Made by a program: the position numbers and the translations under genes. Positions 34,123 through 43,353 of a stretch of 64,000 nt of DNA are shown piece after piece. The notes under the pieces are model-generated. The model worked only from the letters and a program-made list of their open reading frames with translations, did not search any database and was not told the origin of the DNA. How positions within the stretch are numbered: position 1 is the stretch's first letter; each line of letters starts with the position of its first letter. The stretch covers positions 65,719-129,718 of the forward strand of contig JAPUEE010000005.1 in NCBI GenBank assembly GCA_027492735.1, in the 5' to 3' direction. The DNA comes from Candidatus Saccharimonadota bacterium. GTDB taxonomy: Bacteria; Patescibacteriota; Saccharimonadia; Saccharimonadales; Saccharimonadaceae.

Positions 34123-34728
34123 ATGAGACGAGGTAGACCAACTCGCGCTGGTGCTGTACTGCTGATGATTATTGCAGCGATAGTGCTCGTAGGTGGCTTG
34201 CTGTGGGCAGGGCAGGCCTTGTTTAACGGCGGCTCGACGAGTAGCCAGGATACTCTGAGTGCGGGGCAGAAACTCTTGAATACATCAACGAGCGCAACCT
34301 CTGTTCGTATGAGCGTTCGCGGTCCTATTGTGGCCAAGGAAAATCATTATGCCATTGTTATCTCTATCTCTCAGACGGAGCGTACGATTACGACATTCGA
34401 GGGGTACGATGGTCAGGTGCTCAGCACGCAGACGCTTGGTAATACCAAAGCGGCTTTTTCGGATTTCCTCGCAGCGCTCAATCGGGCTGGGTATATGACC
34501 GAAAACAAGGCAGCAGGCACCGAAAACCAAGGTATCTGTGCAGTAGGGCAGCTCATCTTTTTTGAAATTTTAGAGAGTGATAAATCTGTGGAAAAACTCT
34601 GGACTACCTCATGTCCTAAACTGAACGGTAACTTCGGCGGATTAGTTATTAATGTGCAAAATTTATTCCTCAGTCAAATTCCGAATTCCCGAGGGATTAT
34701 TGATGACGCTAAAAACGCTGTAGAGTAG
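34123..34728 (+). CDS. Hypothetical membrane-anchored protein
   Basis: 201 aa. N-terminal TM helix (AVLLMIIAAIVLVGGLLWA). No motif recognised. Confidence 0.6.
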   Translation: MRRGRPTRAGAVLLMIIAAIVLVGGLLWAGQALFNGGSTSSQDTLSAGQKLLNTSTSATSVRMSVRGPIVAKENHYAIVISISQTERTITTFEGYDGQVLSTQTLGNTKAAFSDFLAALNRAGYMTENKAAGTENQGICAVGQLIFFEILESDKSVEKLWTTSCPKLNGNFGGLVINVQNLFLSQIPNSRGIIDDAKNAVE

Positions 34729-34820
34729 TCTTTAGCCCGTCTAGTTATTGACTATTATACTTATCTCAGTTACTATAGATAAAGATAAGCTCTTTTGAGA
34801 TTGTTAAGCTTAAAAAAAGG

Positions 34821-35573
34821 ATGCAATTAGTGGAGAATGATCCAGCAAGACAAGTAGAACTTAGACCTGAGATTCCTCTGCGACGCCGCCCGAGAAAAAA
34901 ATGGCTCGTGATCATTATTTCTGTGATAATACTGCTCGCTGGTGTCATCGGCGCCTATATAGTCATATTCAACAAATCCACTAAACAAGAGAAACCTTCG
35001 ACTGAAAAAATACTTACTCTTGATGATCTCGATAGATCTGATGCTCATTTAACTCCAGAAACTTCAGATGCCTCTGTTAATAACCTGACAAAACAATTAA
35101 AGGCAAAAATCGATAAACAAATTGCTCTCAAAGAAAACCCTATCGACACCGTCAGTGATTTGGCTGGTATTTTATCGAATACTGTCAATAGCACGAGACA
35201 GAACCAGCTGATTGATTTTATGGACGACTTTCTAGCTAATCACGAAGATTCGCTATGGTTTACCTATAATCACGATATACCGTCTCAGGCTCAGGTTAAT
35301 TATTGGAAAGCAGAACTGTATGCGTACATGGTCTACTATTATCGCAACTTGATGAATAACAAATTCACCGATTCTAGTGGCAAACCTATAGATACATCTG
35401 CTCAGCAGTTGAAATACATTGATCTATACATTGCACTAGCGAATGATCCCGCCAGTCATCCTCCTATACCAGAAGAGGATAGGTATTACATGGCAGGCTA
35501 TAGGTATGTTGAGACCGATGGGTTTACCGAGCTGAAAAATGAGCTTAATGGAAAAGGATCTGTAAATGAATAA
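34821..35573 (+). CDS. Hypothetical membrane-anchored protein
   Basis: 250 aa. One TM helix (WLVIIISVIILLAGVIGAYIVIF). Stop overlaps the next gene start. Confidence 0.6.
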   Translation: MQLVENDPARQVELRPEIPLRRRPRKKWLVIIISVIILLAGVIGAYIVIFNKSTKQEKPSTEKILTLDDLDRSDAHLTPETSDASVNNLTKQLKAKIDKQIALKENPIDTVSDLAGILSNTVNSTRQNQLIDFMDDFLANHEDSLWFTYNHDIPSQAQVNYWKAELYAYMVYYYRNLMNNKFTDSSGKPIDTSAQQLKYIDLYIALANDPASHPPIPEEDRYYMAGYRYVETDGFTELKNELNGKGSVNE

Positions 35574-38500
35574 GCTTTTCAAGTATCGTGCTAGTAAAGT
35601 CCTCGTGCTCCTAGCCATGTTTATGGTGAGTACGGTAGGAGCGAGCTTATTCTTCGCGAAATCGGCTTCGGCAGATTGGTTTGATGATCTTTCTGCAGAT
35701 TATATCGTATACAAAAAACCTGACAGCAGCCCTACTAGTTTTTTGTACTATAGCGGCAAAGATAGTAGCTGGAAGTTCCTACAAGCTCCTAATATCCCAA
35801 AGGTGCACCTTGACGGTAAATCGTGCGACACGGCCGACGCTAATATAAATTTCGATAGTTCAAAGACCTACAACAACTGTACTGGTCTCATTATTACCCC
35901 TAACACACAGCCTGATTGGTTCAAAGAGGCGAATCTCGTATTTAAAATTGGAGACTACGACAGTGATGAAAATATAGAAGTTACTGGCGGTAGAGTCACC
36001 AAGGTGGGGTCAAAGACAGACGCTAATATAACGAGCGGCGGCAAAAAATCGCAAGCCAAGGCTCACGATGGCTGTTCGGGAGGTAACCCAAACAAAACAG
36101 ACTCATGTTCAGCATTGCTCGTATTTAATTATAGCTATGGAGAGAGTTTCAAAATAACTATAGATAACCAATGGAATGGTTCCGGCAAGGCAGGGAGTAG
36201 TGGCCATGAATACTATTATGATGCTCCTGCGATGGAAAATTATCGCACGCTTACTTTTAATCCAAACGGCGGCACAATTCCTGCTGGTCAGTTGGACAGG
36301 CACTACACAGTTACACTATGGGAGCATCCGGGAAGTGGCAGCAATCTTTTACGAGAGTACAAAAAGAGTGCCAAGGTTGGTTATTATCCAGTGCCGCAAC
36401 GAGCAGGTTATACATTCAACGGGTGGTATGACGGGACTACGAATCGTTTTAATGGTGGAGATGCCGAGGCAAACGGTCGATTTAATTTGACTAACGACAC
36501 CACGTTGGTAGCAAATTGGACAGCTTCTTCCTATACGATCACCTATAATGCCAATGGAGGATCTGGAACCCTGAGCGGTAATCCATTTACTCAAAACTCT
36601 GGTACGTCCCATAGCGTCAGATCAAATTCCTTTACGAGAACAGGATATGAATTTGTTCGGTGGTGTACAGCGGCTAACGGCACCGGTACGTGTTATACTC
36701 CTGGCAATACTTTTACGGTAACCGGCAATGTAACACTATATGCTCAATGGGATACCTGGACTATTACTGCCTATACCTACTCGGCCGTCAATCACGCCAA
36801 CCCGATGAGCAATGTTATAGATACTTCGAGTAATGCGCTCTACAACAATAACCGTAAATCTGCCTATCCTAGTTATCCGGCTTTTGGTGGCCATGCAGCT
36901 GGTGCTGAGGACAAGGTGTATTACATGATCCGAGTCAATCGTAGTAGTGACGCTGTTCCTGGGGCAGCAGCCTTTAAATATGTCCCAACCCATGCTTTTG
37001 GCTACGGGCTTATTGCTACAAATAGTGTTAATACTGGCCAAGCTGACGTTAGCGCCCTCTGCCCAACTGGATTCAGCTATGATTCATCGTTCAAGCGCTG
37101 CAACAAGGGCGGTTCATGGACCGATGCTTCGCTGAACTCTGGCGCGAGCGGCTACTATACGCTAACTACCACTGATCGTCTATGGAATAACGCCATTCCT
37201 GCTAATTCGCTAAACAACCTCAAAGGAATGGATCTGTGCTATATCATGAGCTTTAACCGCCAGTCGCTTTCCAGCCCAGGTGGCAATGACACCACCTCTG
37301 AATACTGGGGATCTCTAGATGGATCTCTCGAAAATCGCTGTTCTGTCACTGTGCGAACCCCGTGGATTCTCGAACCACGAGTAACCAATAGTCGTGGTAT
37401 CGGCACTCAGAACGCGGCAGTAGGGGATACGTTTACCATTACGCCGAGCATCGGTAGCTCTCAAACAAATGTTGACGGCACGAGCCATAATGTCTCCATC
37501 GTTCAGGTCATCGGCTCTGGTACTTGGAATCCTGTTCAGGGTATTACTGCCAATCTCAATGTGGCTCCAACCGCGGCTAATATAGGGAGCTTTGGTAGTG
37601 GGGCTGCGAGCATCTCGACTCTGTCGACCGTCAATGGTCTGACCGATACCCACTTTGCTTCTGGTACCTGGAGCGGCAGTGCTTTTAGCCAAACCTTCCA
37701 AGACGCCTGGTACGGTAGAAAAGTTTGCTACTACACCGTAATCACAAGTGGCGGTTGGGCCTTTGATAGAACGACCGAATATCGTTACTCTAACCCTGTT
37801 TGTGTCAAATGGGCCAAGTCTCCTCAAATTCAGTTGCGTGGCTCTGACTCATCATCGGGTGGTGTATGGGAAGGAACGAGCACCTCGTATGATGGCGGCT
37901 TCTTGGGCGTGTCTCAATCTGATACAGGGCGTGGTTCATGGTCGCAGTATGGCTTGTTAGGATATAAAGGAGCTAATGCCGCGACTGGTAATATCAATCA
38001 CTTTGGTTCTGGCGGTTGGACAACGGACAATGGAACGAGAGCCAGGGCCTGTAACCTTACATTCGCTAATATCATAAATTCTGTTAACTGTAGTAGCAAT
38101 GCTATAGGCGGCGGCATGTACAACGGCAGCTCGCTAACCCAAACTATTAGTTTACCAACCAATGCCAAGATTGATGCGACTGCTATTAATGCGCTAGCTG
38201 CTACGCCAACAGCAGCGGGAGCTGGTACGGCTGCTTCGCCACTAATACTCAACACCGTGCCGAGTGGTACCTATAAACTAAATGCCGGATCTCATATTGG
38301 CGCCTCGCAAATTCCATCCGGTAGACAGATTACTATAGTGAGTGCTGGAGATATTTATCTCGATGGTGATATTGTGACAGCTGCTACTACATTTGGTAGT
38401 CTCAGTGATGTTCCGATTCTCACCGTTATCTCGCGAGGTCAGATCATTGTTGGGACGAGTGTGGTGAACCAACTGTTCGGTACCTATATTGTCGCGAGCG

Positions 38501-38835
38501 ATAGCGCTACAAAAGGCTTTAAAACCTGTCATGTCGATGCAAACGACAGTCGAATGAGAGACGGTGGTGATTGTAATAGGCAACTCCGTGTAAACGGAGC
38601 GGTGATTACACGTCCATCACCGATGCTCCGCCGCACCCTCGGATCAGGGTATAGTTCAAGTAGTACGAATACCCTAACAGCTAATGGTGAAACACACCTA
38701 GAAGCAATCACACCATCTGAGTTATTTAACTACCAACCAAACTTGTTCCTTACCCCCTATATGATTAGACAGAGTTCTACTACTGGTAATACCTGGATCG
38801 TAACGAAACAGACCGTGTTGCCGGCGAGGTTTTAG
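35566..38835 (+). CDS. Large secreted surface protein with Listeria-Bacteroides-type (InlB B-repeat-like) repeats
   Basis: 1089 aa with a signal peptide. The repeats are TLTFNPNGGTIP ... RAGYTFNGWYDG ... TLVANW and YTITYNANGGSGT ... RTGYEFVRWCT ... VTLYAQW. The remainder is Ser/Thr/Gly/Asn-rich. Confidence 0.7.
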   Translation: MNKLFKYRASKVLVLLAMFMVSTVGASLFFAKSASADWFDDLSADYIVYKKPDSSPTSFLYYSGKDSSWKFLQAPNIPKVHLDGKSCDTADANINFDSSKTYNNCTGLIITPNTQPDWFKEANLVFKIGDYDSDENIEVTGGRVTKVGSKTDANITSGGKKSQAKAHDGCSGGNPNKTDSCSALLVFNYSYGESFKITIDNQWNGSGKAGSSGHEYYYDAPAMENYRTLTFNPNGGTIPAGQLDRHYTVTLWEHPGSGSNLLREYKKSAKVGYYPVPQRAGYTFNGWYDGTTNRFNGGDAEANGRFNLTNDTTLVANWTASSYTITYNANGGSGTLSGNPFTQNSGTSHSVRSNSFTRTGYEFVRWCTAANGTGTCYTPGNTFTVTGNVTLYAQWDTWTITAYTYSAVNHANPMSNVIDTSSNALYNNNRKSAYPSYPAFGGHAAGAEDKVYYMIRVNRSSDAVPGAAAFKYVPTHAFGYGLIATNSVNTGQADVSALCPTGFSYDSSFKRCNKGGSWTDASLNSGASGYYTLTTTDRLWNNAIPANSLNNLKGMDLCYIMSFNRQSLSSPGGNDTTSEYWGSLDGSLENRCSVTVRTPWILEPRVTNSRGIGTQNAAVGDTFTITPSIGSSQTNVDGTSHNVSIVQVIGSGTWNPVQGITANLNVAPTAANIGSFGSGAASISTLSTVNGLTDTHFASGTWSGSAFSQTFQDAWYGRKVCYYTVITSGGWAFDRTTEYRYSNPVCVKWAKSPQIQLRGSDSSSGGVWEGTSTSYDGGFLGVSQSDTGRGSWSQYGLLGYKGANAATGNINHFGSGGWTTDNGTRARACNLTFANIINSVNCSSNAIGGGMYNGSSLTQTISLPTNAKIDATAINALAATPTAAGAGTAASPLILNTVPSGTYKLNAGSHIGASQIPSGRQITIVSAGDIYLDGDIVTAATTFGSLSDVPILTVISRGQIIVGTSVVNQLFGTYIVASDSATKGFKTCHVDANDSRMRDGGDCNRQLRVNGAVITRPSPMLRRTLGSGYSSSSTNTLTANGETHLEAITPSELFNYQPNLFLTPYMIRQSSTTGNTWIVTKQTVLPARF

Positions 38836-38911
38836 GGATAGAGTTAGGCTGGATCGGTAGTACTTGCTAAAACATCTAGTTTTTGGTACAATATATCTGT
38901 TAATCAAACCT

Positions 38912-38937
38912 GCCAACCGCTGGGCCAGCTGGTTGGC
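38912..38937 (+). promoter_or_regulatory. Hairpin in the rpsF 5' leader (possible S6:S18 autoregulatory leader)
   Basis: GCCAACCGCTGG-g-CCAGCTGGTTGGC (12 bp, one bulge). It lies between TGgTACAAT (38884-38892) and the rpsF GTG at 38961. Confidence 0.35.
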
Positions 38938-38960
38938 TATAATCCAAAGGAGGTCTATCG

Positions 38961-39329
38961 GTGCCCACAACTAATATTAGTGAGTACGAGTTGGTAGTTT
39001 TATACCGACCCGAACTCGAAGCTAACATCGAAGCGCCGCTCAAGAAAGTCGCAGATATTATCACGACTAACGGCGGAAAAATTGTCAATGAGGATAATTG
39101 GGGACGTCGCGAGTTGGCGTATTCAATCGCTGGCGAAACGCATGCAGTATACCGTGCTTATACACTAGAATTACCATCTGCTGCACCAGCTGCTATCAGC
39201 TCGGTATTGAACATCACTGACGAAGTTATTCGTTATTTGCTCAGCAAAGTTGATGCCAAAGCCCAAGCTGTTTTGGCCGAGGAGAAAACTCGCAAAGTAG
39301 CCTCAACTGACACTACAGACGAGAAATAA
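38961..39329 (+). CDS. rpsF: 30S ribosomal protein S6 (GTG start)
   Basis: YELVVLYRPELE ... WGRRELAYSI, typical of bS6. AAAGGAGG Shine-Dalgarno upstream. Confidence 0.9.
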   Translation: MPTTNISEYELVVLYRPELEANIEAPLKKVADIITTNGGKIVNEDNWGRRELAYSIAGETHAVYRAYTLELPSAAPAAISSVLNITDEVIRYLLSKVDAKAQAVLAEEKTRKVASTDTTDEK

Positions 39330-39352
39330 TCTAAACGAAAGAAGAGGGGTAT

Positions 39353-39802
39353 ATGGCATTTAACAAAGTAATTTTACTCGGAAACCTTACTGCTGATCCA
39401 GAACAGCGTACCACACCGAGCGGCCAGAGCGTTACGAGCTTTAGCCTAGCGGTTAATCGCACCTGGAACGATGCAAACGGGCAGCGCCAAGAAGAGACCA
39501 GCTTTATCAACTGTACTGCGTGGGGTCAACGCGGCGAAACGATTGCTAAATACGTGCAGAAGGGTCGTCAATTGTTAGTGAGTGGTCGTTTACAACAACG
39601 GAGCTGGGACGACAAAGATACTGGCAAAAAGCGTAGCACTATCGACGTCATTGTCGAAGAGTTTAGCTTTGTCAGTGACGGTCGAGGTGGCAGCAACGGT
39701 CCATCAACCAGTACATCGAGTGCAAGTTCGAGCAAGGCCGCTCCAGCACCTGTCGATGACATGGACAGTGCACCAATTGACCTGAGTGATATACCATTTT
39801 AA
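39353..39802 (+). CDS. ssb: Single-stranded DNA-binding protein
   Basis: MAFNKVILLGNLTADPE OB-fold start. Gly/Ser-rich linker and acidic tip DLSDIPF. Confidence 0.9.
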   Translation: MAFNKVILLGNLTADPEQRTTPSGQSVTSFSLAVNRTWNDANGQRQEETSFINCTAWGQRGETIAKYVQKGRQLLVSGRLQQRSWDDKDTGKKRSTIDVIVEEFSFVSDGRGGSNGPSTSTSSASSSKAAPAPVDDMDSAPIDLSDIPF

Positions 39803-39823
39803 TATTTGAGAACAAGGAGAACT

Positions 39824-40021
39824 ATGGCAAAACGATTAAAGAAAGTTTCACCAAAATATTTTGACTACAAAGATGTCGATACGCTAAAACGCTACATTGA
39901 TAGCTATGGCCAGATTGACGCTCGTGCTAAGACTGGTTTGAGCGCTAAATCACAGCGACAGCTAGCAGTAGCAGTCAAACGCGCCAGGCATTTGGCACTA
40001 CTGCCATTCGTAGCAGGGTAG
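39824..40021 (+). CDS. rpsR: 30S ribosomal protein S18
   Basis: ATG at 39824 after [21 protein letters not shown] ... [25 protein letters not shown]. Confidence 0.9.
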   Translation: MAKRLKKVSPKYFDYKDVDTLKRYIDSYGQIDARAKTGLSAKSQRQLAVAVKRARHLALLPFVAG

Positions 40022-40031
40022 GACTTGACCG

Positions 40032-40592
40032 ATGTATAGTCCAACTGATCTGAAAAAAGGTGCTGTTTGCCAAATCGATGGCCAGCCTTACAAAGTTATT
40101 GAATACTCGCAAAAAGTTATGGGGCGGGGCGGTTCGATTGTGAACGTCAAGGTTAAAAACTTGATTACTGGTGCAGTGTTGCCAAAAACCTACAAAGGTC
40201 AAGACAAGATCGAGCGTGCCGAAGTGACCAATCAGACGGCGCAATATCTGTATTCTGATGGCACTGATCTGTTTTTCATGAACCCTAGTAGCTTCGAGCA
40301 GTTTCAGTTGCCAGTTAGTGAGGCCGAAGATGTACCAAAATACATTCTCGAGGGTGGCGAAGTGCAGCTCCAGTTCTTTGACGGACGAGTGATCAACGTC
40401 GAACTCCCGACCACTGTTAGTCTAACGGTCACCTATGCCGAAAATGTGGTAAAAGGCGATACGACGAGTAGTGTGCAAAAGGACGCTAAGATCGAAACTG
40501 GCATCACCGTGAAGGTCCCAGCATTTATCAAGACTGACGACGTACTCAAAGTTGATACTCGGGACGGTAGCTATGTCGAACGCGTCAAATAG
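40032..40592 (+). CDS. efp: Elongation factor P
   Basis: 186 aa. DLKKGAVCQIDGQPYKVIEYSQKVMGRGGSIVNVKVKNL, typical of EF-P. Confidence 0.9.
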   Translation: MYSPTDLKKGAVCQIDGQPYKVIEYSQKVMGRGGSIVNVKVKNLITGAVLPKTYKGQDKIERAEVTNQTAQYLYSDGTDLFFMNPSSFEQFQLPVSEAEDVPKYILEGGEVQLQFFDGRVINVELPTTVSLTVTYAENVVKGDTTSSVQKDAKIETGITVKVPAFIKTDDVLKVDTRDGSYVERVK

Positions 40593-40609
40593 ATGATAAA
40601 ATAGAAACA

Positions 40610-42343
40610 ATGGATACGAGGAGGGTGAGTCATCGTAAACCGCAGCGCCATCTGAATATATGGCAGCAGTTTGTTGATCGCGTCAATTGGCCTCTGGTGA
40701 TAAAAATTACTGCAGCGGTACTGGCGGTTATTGTGCTGGTGCAGCTCTTTTTCCCTGCTAATCGAGTATTGCCACGTGTTACTGTCGGTAGTACTGGCTA
40801 CGCGCTGCAGTCTATTGATCAGTTAACCGACGCTATTCAGGGGCAGTTTGAAAAGAGTTCTGTCGACGTTGTCGCTGGTGATCAATCGAGCACAATGAAG
40901 CTGTCGACTCTCGGTGCTTCGGTTGATGCGAATAAACTAGCAGAGCAGTTAAATCAGTACGACATGTGGCAGCGTTTAATCCCGCTGTCGATCTTTTTTG
41001 CGGGTAGTTCATTGACTGAACTGCGGCCAACATTTGACGACACCACTCTGACTGAGGCCTCGAATAAACTAGCGGAAAAAATGACGGTCGAGGCAAAGAA
41101 CGGCTCAATTACGATCAATGATCAACACGAAATCGTGATAGAGGCGGCTCAAGATGCTGTCACGGTTGAGGCGTCGGCTATCAAGACGGCCATTCATCAG
41201 GCCAACGTCAAGGTGGGAGCGGTGGCGACAGTTAATGTGTCGGCCAAATCCAGCAAGCCAGCTGTCTCTAATGAAACAATCGAAAGTGTGAAAGCCACGC
41301 TGCTCGCAATGAGCCAAGTGAACATCACGATCACTAATAGCCTAACAAAGAAAACCACGACGCCGAGCGACACCGACATTCTAGCTTGGCTCAATGTCGA
41401 AGACAGCTCAAAAGTAACGTTCGACGATGGCACTATACGAAATTATTTGATAAAAGCAGCAGGAGACTCGATAATTACATCCGGTACGACAAAGGTGACT
41501 ATGGTAGATGGCCAGGAGACGAGTCGCATTGAGGGCAAGAGCGGTCGAACGGTCGATAGCGAGCCAGTTATAAAGAATATAAAAGCAGCACTCGAAGGAA
41601 AAATTGCTACCTCTGTTGCATTGAATTTCAAGACAGCTGCTCCGACAGTTGTCTATGATCGACAATTTAGTCATTCGCAAGCAGGCCTACAGGCATACAT
41701 CGACTCTGTTACCGGCAGTGGAACGATCCAGATTAGTGTTCGACAATTGACTGGCAATGGATGGTCAGCTAGCTCACGAGCTAACGAGAGCGTGGTCTCT
41801 GCCAGTACGTACAAGCTGTTTATATCACTGCTTTTGATGAAAAAGATCGATGCAGGGGAGATTAACTGGTCGGATTCTATTCAAGGCACTGATGTAACAG
41901 AGTGTCTCAGAAAGACCATTGTTGTATCAGCTAATAACTGTTCCGAGGACTGGCTAAAACAGTGGGGGAGAAGCAATGTAAATAGCTCTCTCCGTAGTCT
42001 CGGCTTCTCGAGCGCCACGACATTTACTTCGGCTGATGCAGCGCATACTTCGGCGGCAGATCTGCAGAAATTACTGATCGGCCTCTATAATCGTAGCCTC
42101 TTTAGTTCTGATAATGCCAATCGTCTCATTGGACTGATGAAACAGCAAGTATATCGTCAAGGTATTCCAAAAGGGAGTGCTGGTACGGTGGCTGACAAGG
42201 TCGGCTTTCTCTGGGGTTATTTGAATGATGCGGCTATTGTTTACCACCCACGGGGTACGTACGTGCTAGTAATCATGACGAATCACCAATCGTGGGCTAA
42301 AATTGCCGAAATCACCAGAACGATCGAGAGCCTGATGTACTGA
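40610..42343 (+). CDS. Membrane-anchored serine hydrolase with C-terminal class-A beta-lactamase/PBP-like domain
   Basis: 577 aa. N-terminal TM helix. SxxK motif SASTYKLF and K-[TS/V]-G-like KVGFLWG in the C-terminal ~230 aa. N-terminal half unassigned. Confidence 0.55.
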   Translation: MDTRRVSHRKPQRHLNIWQQFVDRVNWPLVIKITAAVLAVIVLVQLFFPANRVLPRVTVGSTGYALQSIDQLTDAIQGQFEKSSVDVVAGDQSSTMKLSTLGASVDANKLAEQLNQYDMWQRLIPLSIFFAGSSLTELRPTFDDTTLTEASNKLAEKMTVEAKNGSITINDQHEIVIEAAQDAVTVEASAIKTAIHQANVKVGAVATVNVSAKSSKPAVSNETIESVKATLLAMSQVNITITNSLTKKTTTPSDTDILAWLNVEDSSKVTFDDGTIRNYLIKAAGDSIITSGTTKVTMVDGQETSRIEGKSGRTVDSEPVIKNIKAALEGKIATSVALNFKTAAPTVVYDRQFSHSQAGLQAYIDSVTGSGTIQISVRQLTGNGWSASSRANESVVSASTYKLFISLLLMKKIDAGEINWSDSIQGTDVTECLRKTIVVSANNCSEDWLKQWGRSNVNSSLRSLGFSSATTFTSADAAHTSAADLQKLLIGLYNRSLFSSDNANRLIGLMKQQVYRQGIPKGSAGTVADKVGFLWGYLNDAAIVYHPRGTYVLVIMTNHQSWAKIAEITRTIESLMY

Positions 42344-42345
42344 TC

Positions 42346-42354
42346 TGGTAAAAT
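42346..42354 (+). promoter_or_regulatory. Extended -10 (TGgTAAAAT) 6 nt upstream of the tlyA ATG
   Basis: The -10 element ends at 42354 and the ATG is at 42361. Confidence 0.5.
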
Positions 42355-42360
42355 ATATCT

Positions 42361-43086
42361 ATGAAAGTTCGTTTAGACCAGTTGTTAGTGAAACGCAAGT
42401 TAGTCGCCACCAGATCTCAGGCAGAGAGCTATATTCGCCTAGGCAAAGTGACGGTAGCAGATAAAACTATTACGAAACCAGGCTATTTTGTCGACGACGA
42501 GGCTCAGCCAAAGCTACTCCAGGATGAGCAGTATGTGTCGCGTGCTGGCCTAAAACTAGCAAGTGTGGCTGAGACGTTACAGCTTGATTTCAAGGGAAAG
42601 GTTGTGCTCGACGTTGGATCTTCGACGGGCGGATTTACTGACTATGCGCTCCGGCGCGGTGCTACTAAAGTCATAGCTGTTGATGTTGGTACTGATCAGA
42701 TGCATCCGAGTTTGCGTGATAATCCGAACGTAGAGCTGTATGAAAAGACTGATATTCGCGATTTTCATGTGGATCAGCCGCCTAATATTGTGGTGATCGA
42801 CGTCAGTTTCATTAGTTTGCGTGACATTTTGCCGCATATCGCGAAGCAGCTGTCTGATAGACATACGCAGATTGTCGCTATGGTTAAACCGCAGTTTGAG
42901 ACGGGATCACGGTTAAAAAATGCTGGTGTGATCAAAAATAACACCGATCGACGCCGTATTTTACAGGATTTTGAATTATGGACGCGCCAGTATTTCGTCA
43001 CTCGTGCCAAGGCTGATAGTGAAGTAGCAGGAACACATGGTAATAGAGAGCGATTCTATCTGTTAGAAACTACCAAAAGTGTATAA
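42361..43086 (+). CDS. tlyA: TlyA-family rRNA 2'-O-methyltransferase (S4 domain + FtsJ-like)
   Basis: RLDQLLVKRKLVATRSQAESYIRLGKV (S4 domain). SAM motif VLDVGSSTGGFTDYAL ... VIDVSFISL. Confidence 0.85.
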   Translation: MKVRLDQLLVKRKLVATRSQAESYIRLGKVTVADKTITKPGYFVDDEAQPKLLQDEQYVSRAGLKLASVAETLQLDFKGKVVLDVGSSTGGFTDYALRRGATKVIAVDVGTDQMHPSLRDNPNVELYEKTDIRDFHVDQPPNIVVIDVSFISLRDILPHIAKQLSDRHTQIVAMVKPQFETGSRLKNAGVIKNNTDRRRILQDFELWTRQYFVTRAKADSEVAGTHGNRERFYLLETTKSV

Positions 43087-43089
43087 AAT

Positions 43090-43118
43090 ATTGCTTTTTT
43101 TATTAAAATATGCTATTA
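43090..43118 (+). promoter_or_regulatory. Promoter TTGCTT-17 nt-TGcTATTAT at the left edge of island 2
   Basis: -35 at 43090-43095 and extended -10 at 43110-43118, in an AT-rich patch right after the tlyA stop. Confidence 0.5.
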
Positions 43119-43353
43119 TGTGATCAGTCTAGTCGAAAACGACTGGAGGTTTCGGTTGAGTTTTGTGAAACGAGGTGTCCTACGGTGTTGCCCCTAGGGG
43201 TGGCATAGATGGGAGCTGCCGTTTCGCGCGCTCCCGTTTTGACAATTTGTTCATCTTTATATTCATGACACACCCGAAGTCTTTTGTCGTTTTCGAATGG
43301 CGAAAAGTCCACGGGGAGGTCTCGTGGCAATCGTTCCAATGAAAGGGGACGGT

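Noticed and set aside
43124-43339. 71-aa minus-strand ORF across the island-2 leader.
   Set aside because: It has no start context or SD, runs antisense to a promoter-proximal structured region, and its composition is not coding-like. I treat it as non-coding leader instead.
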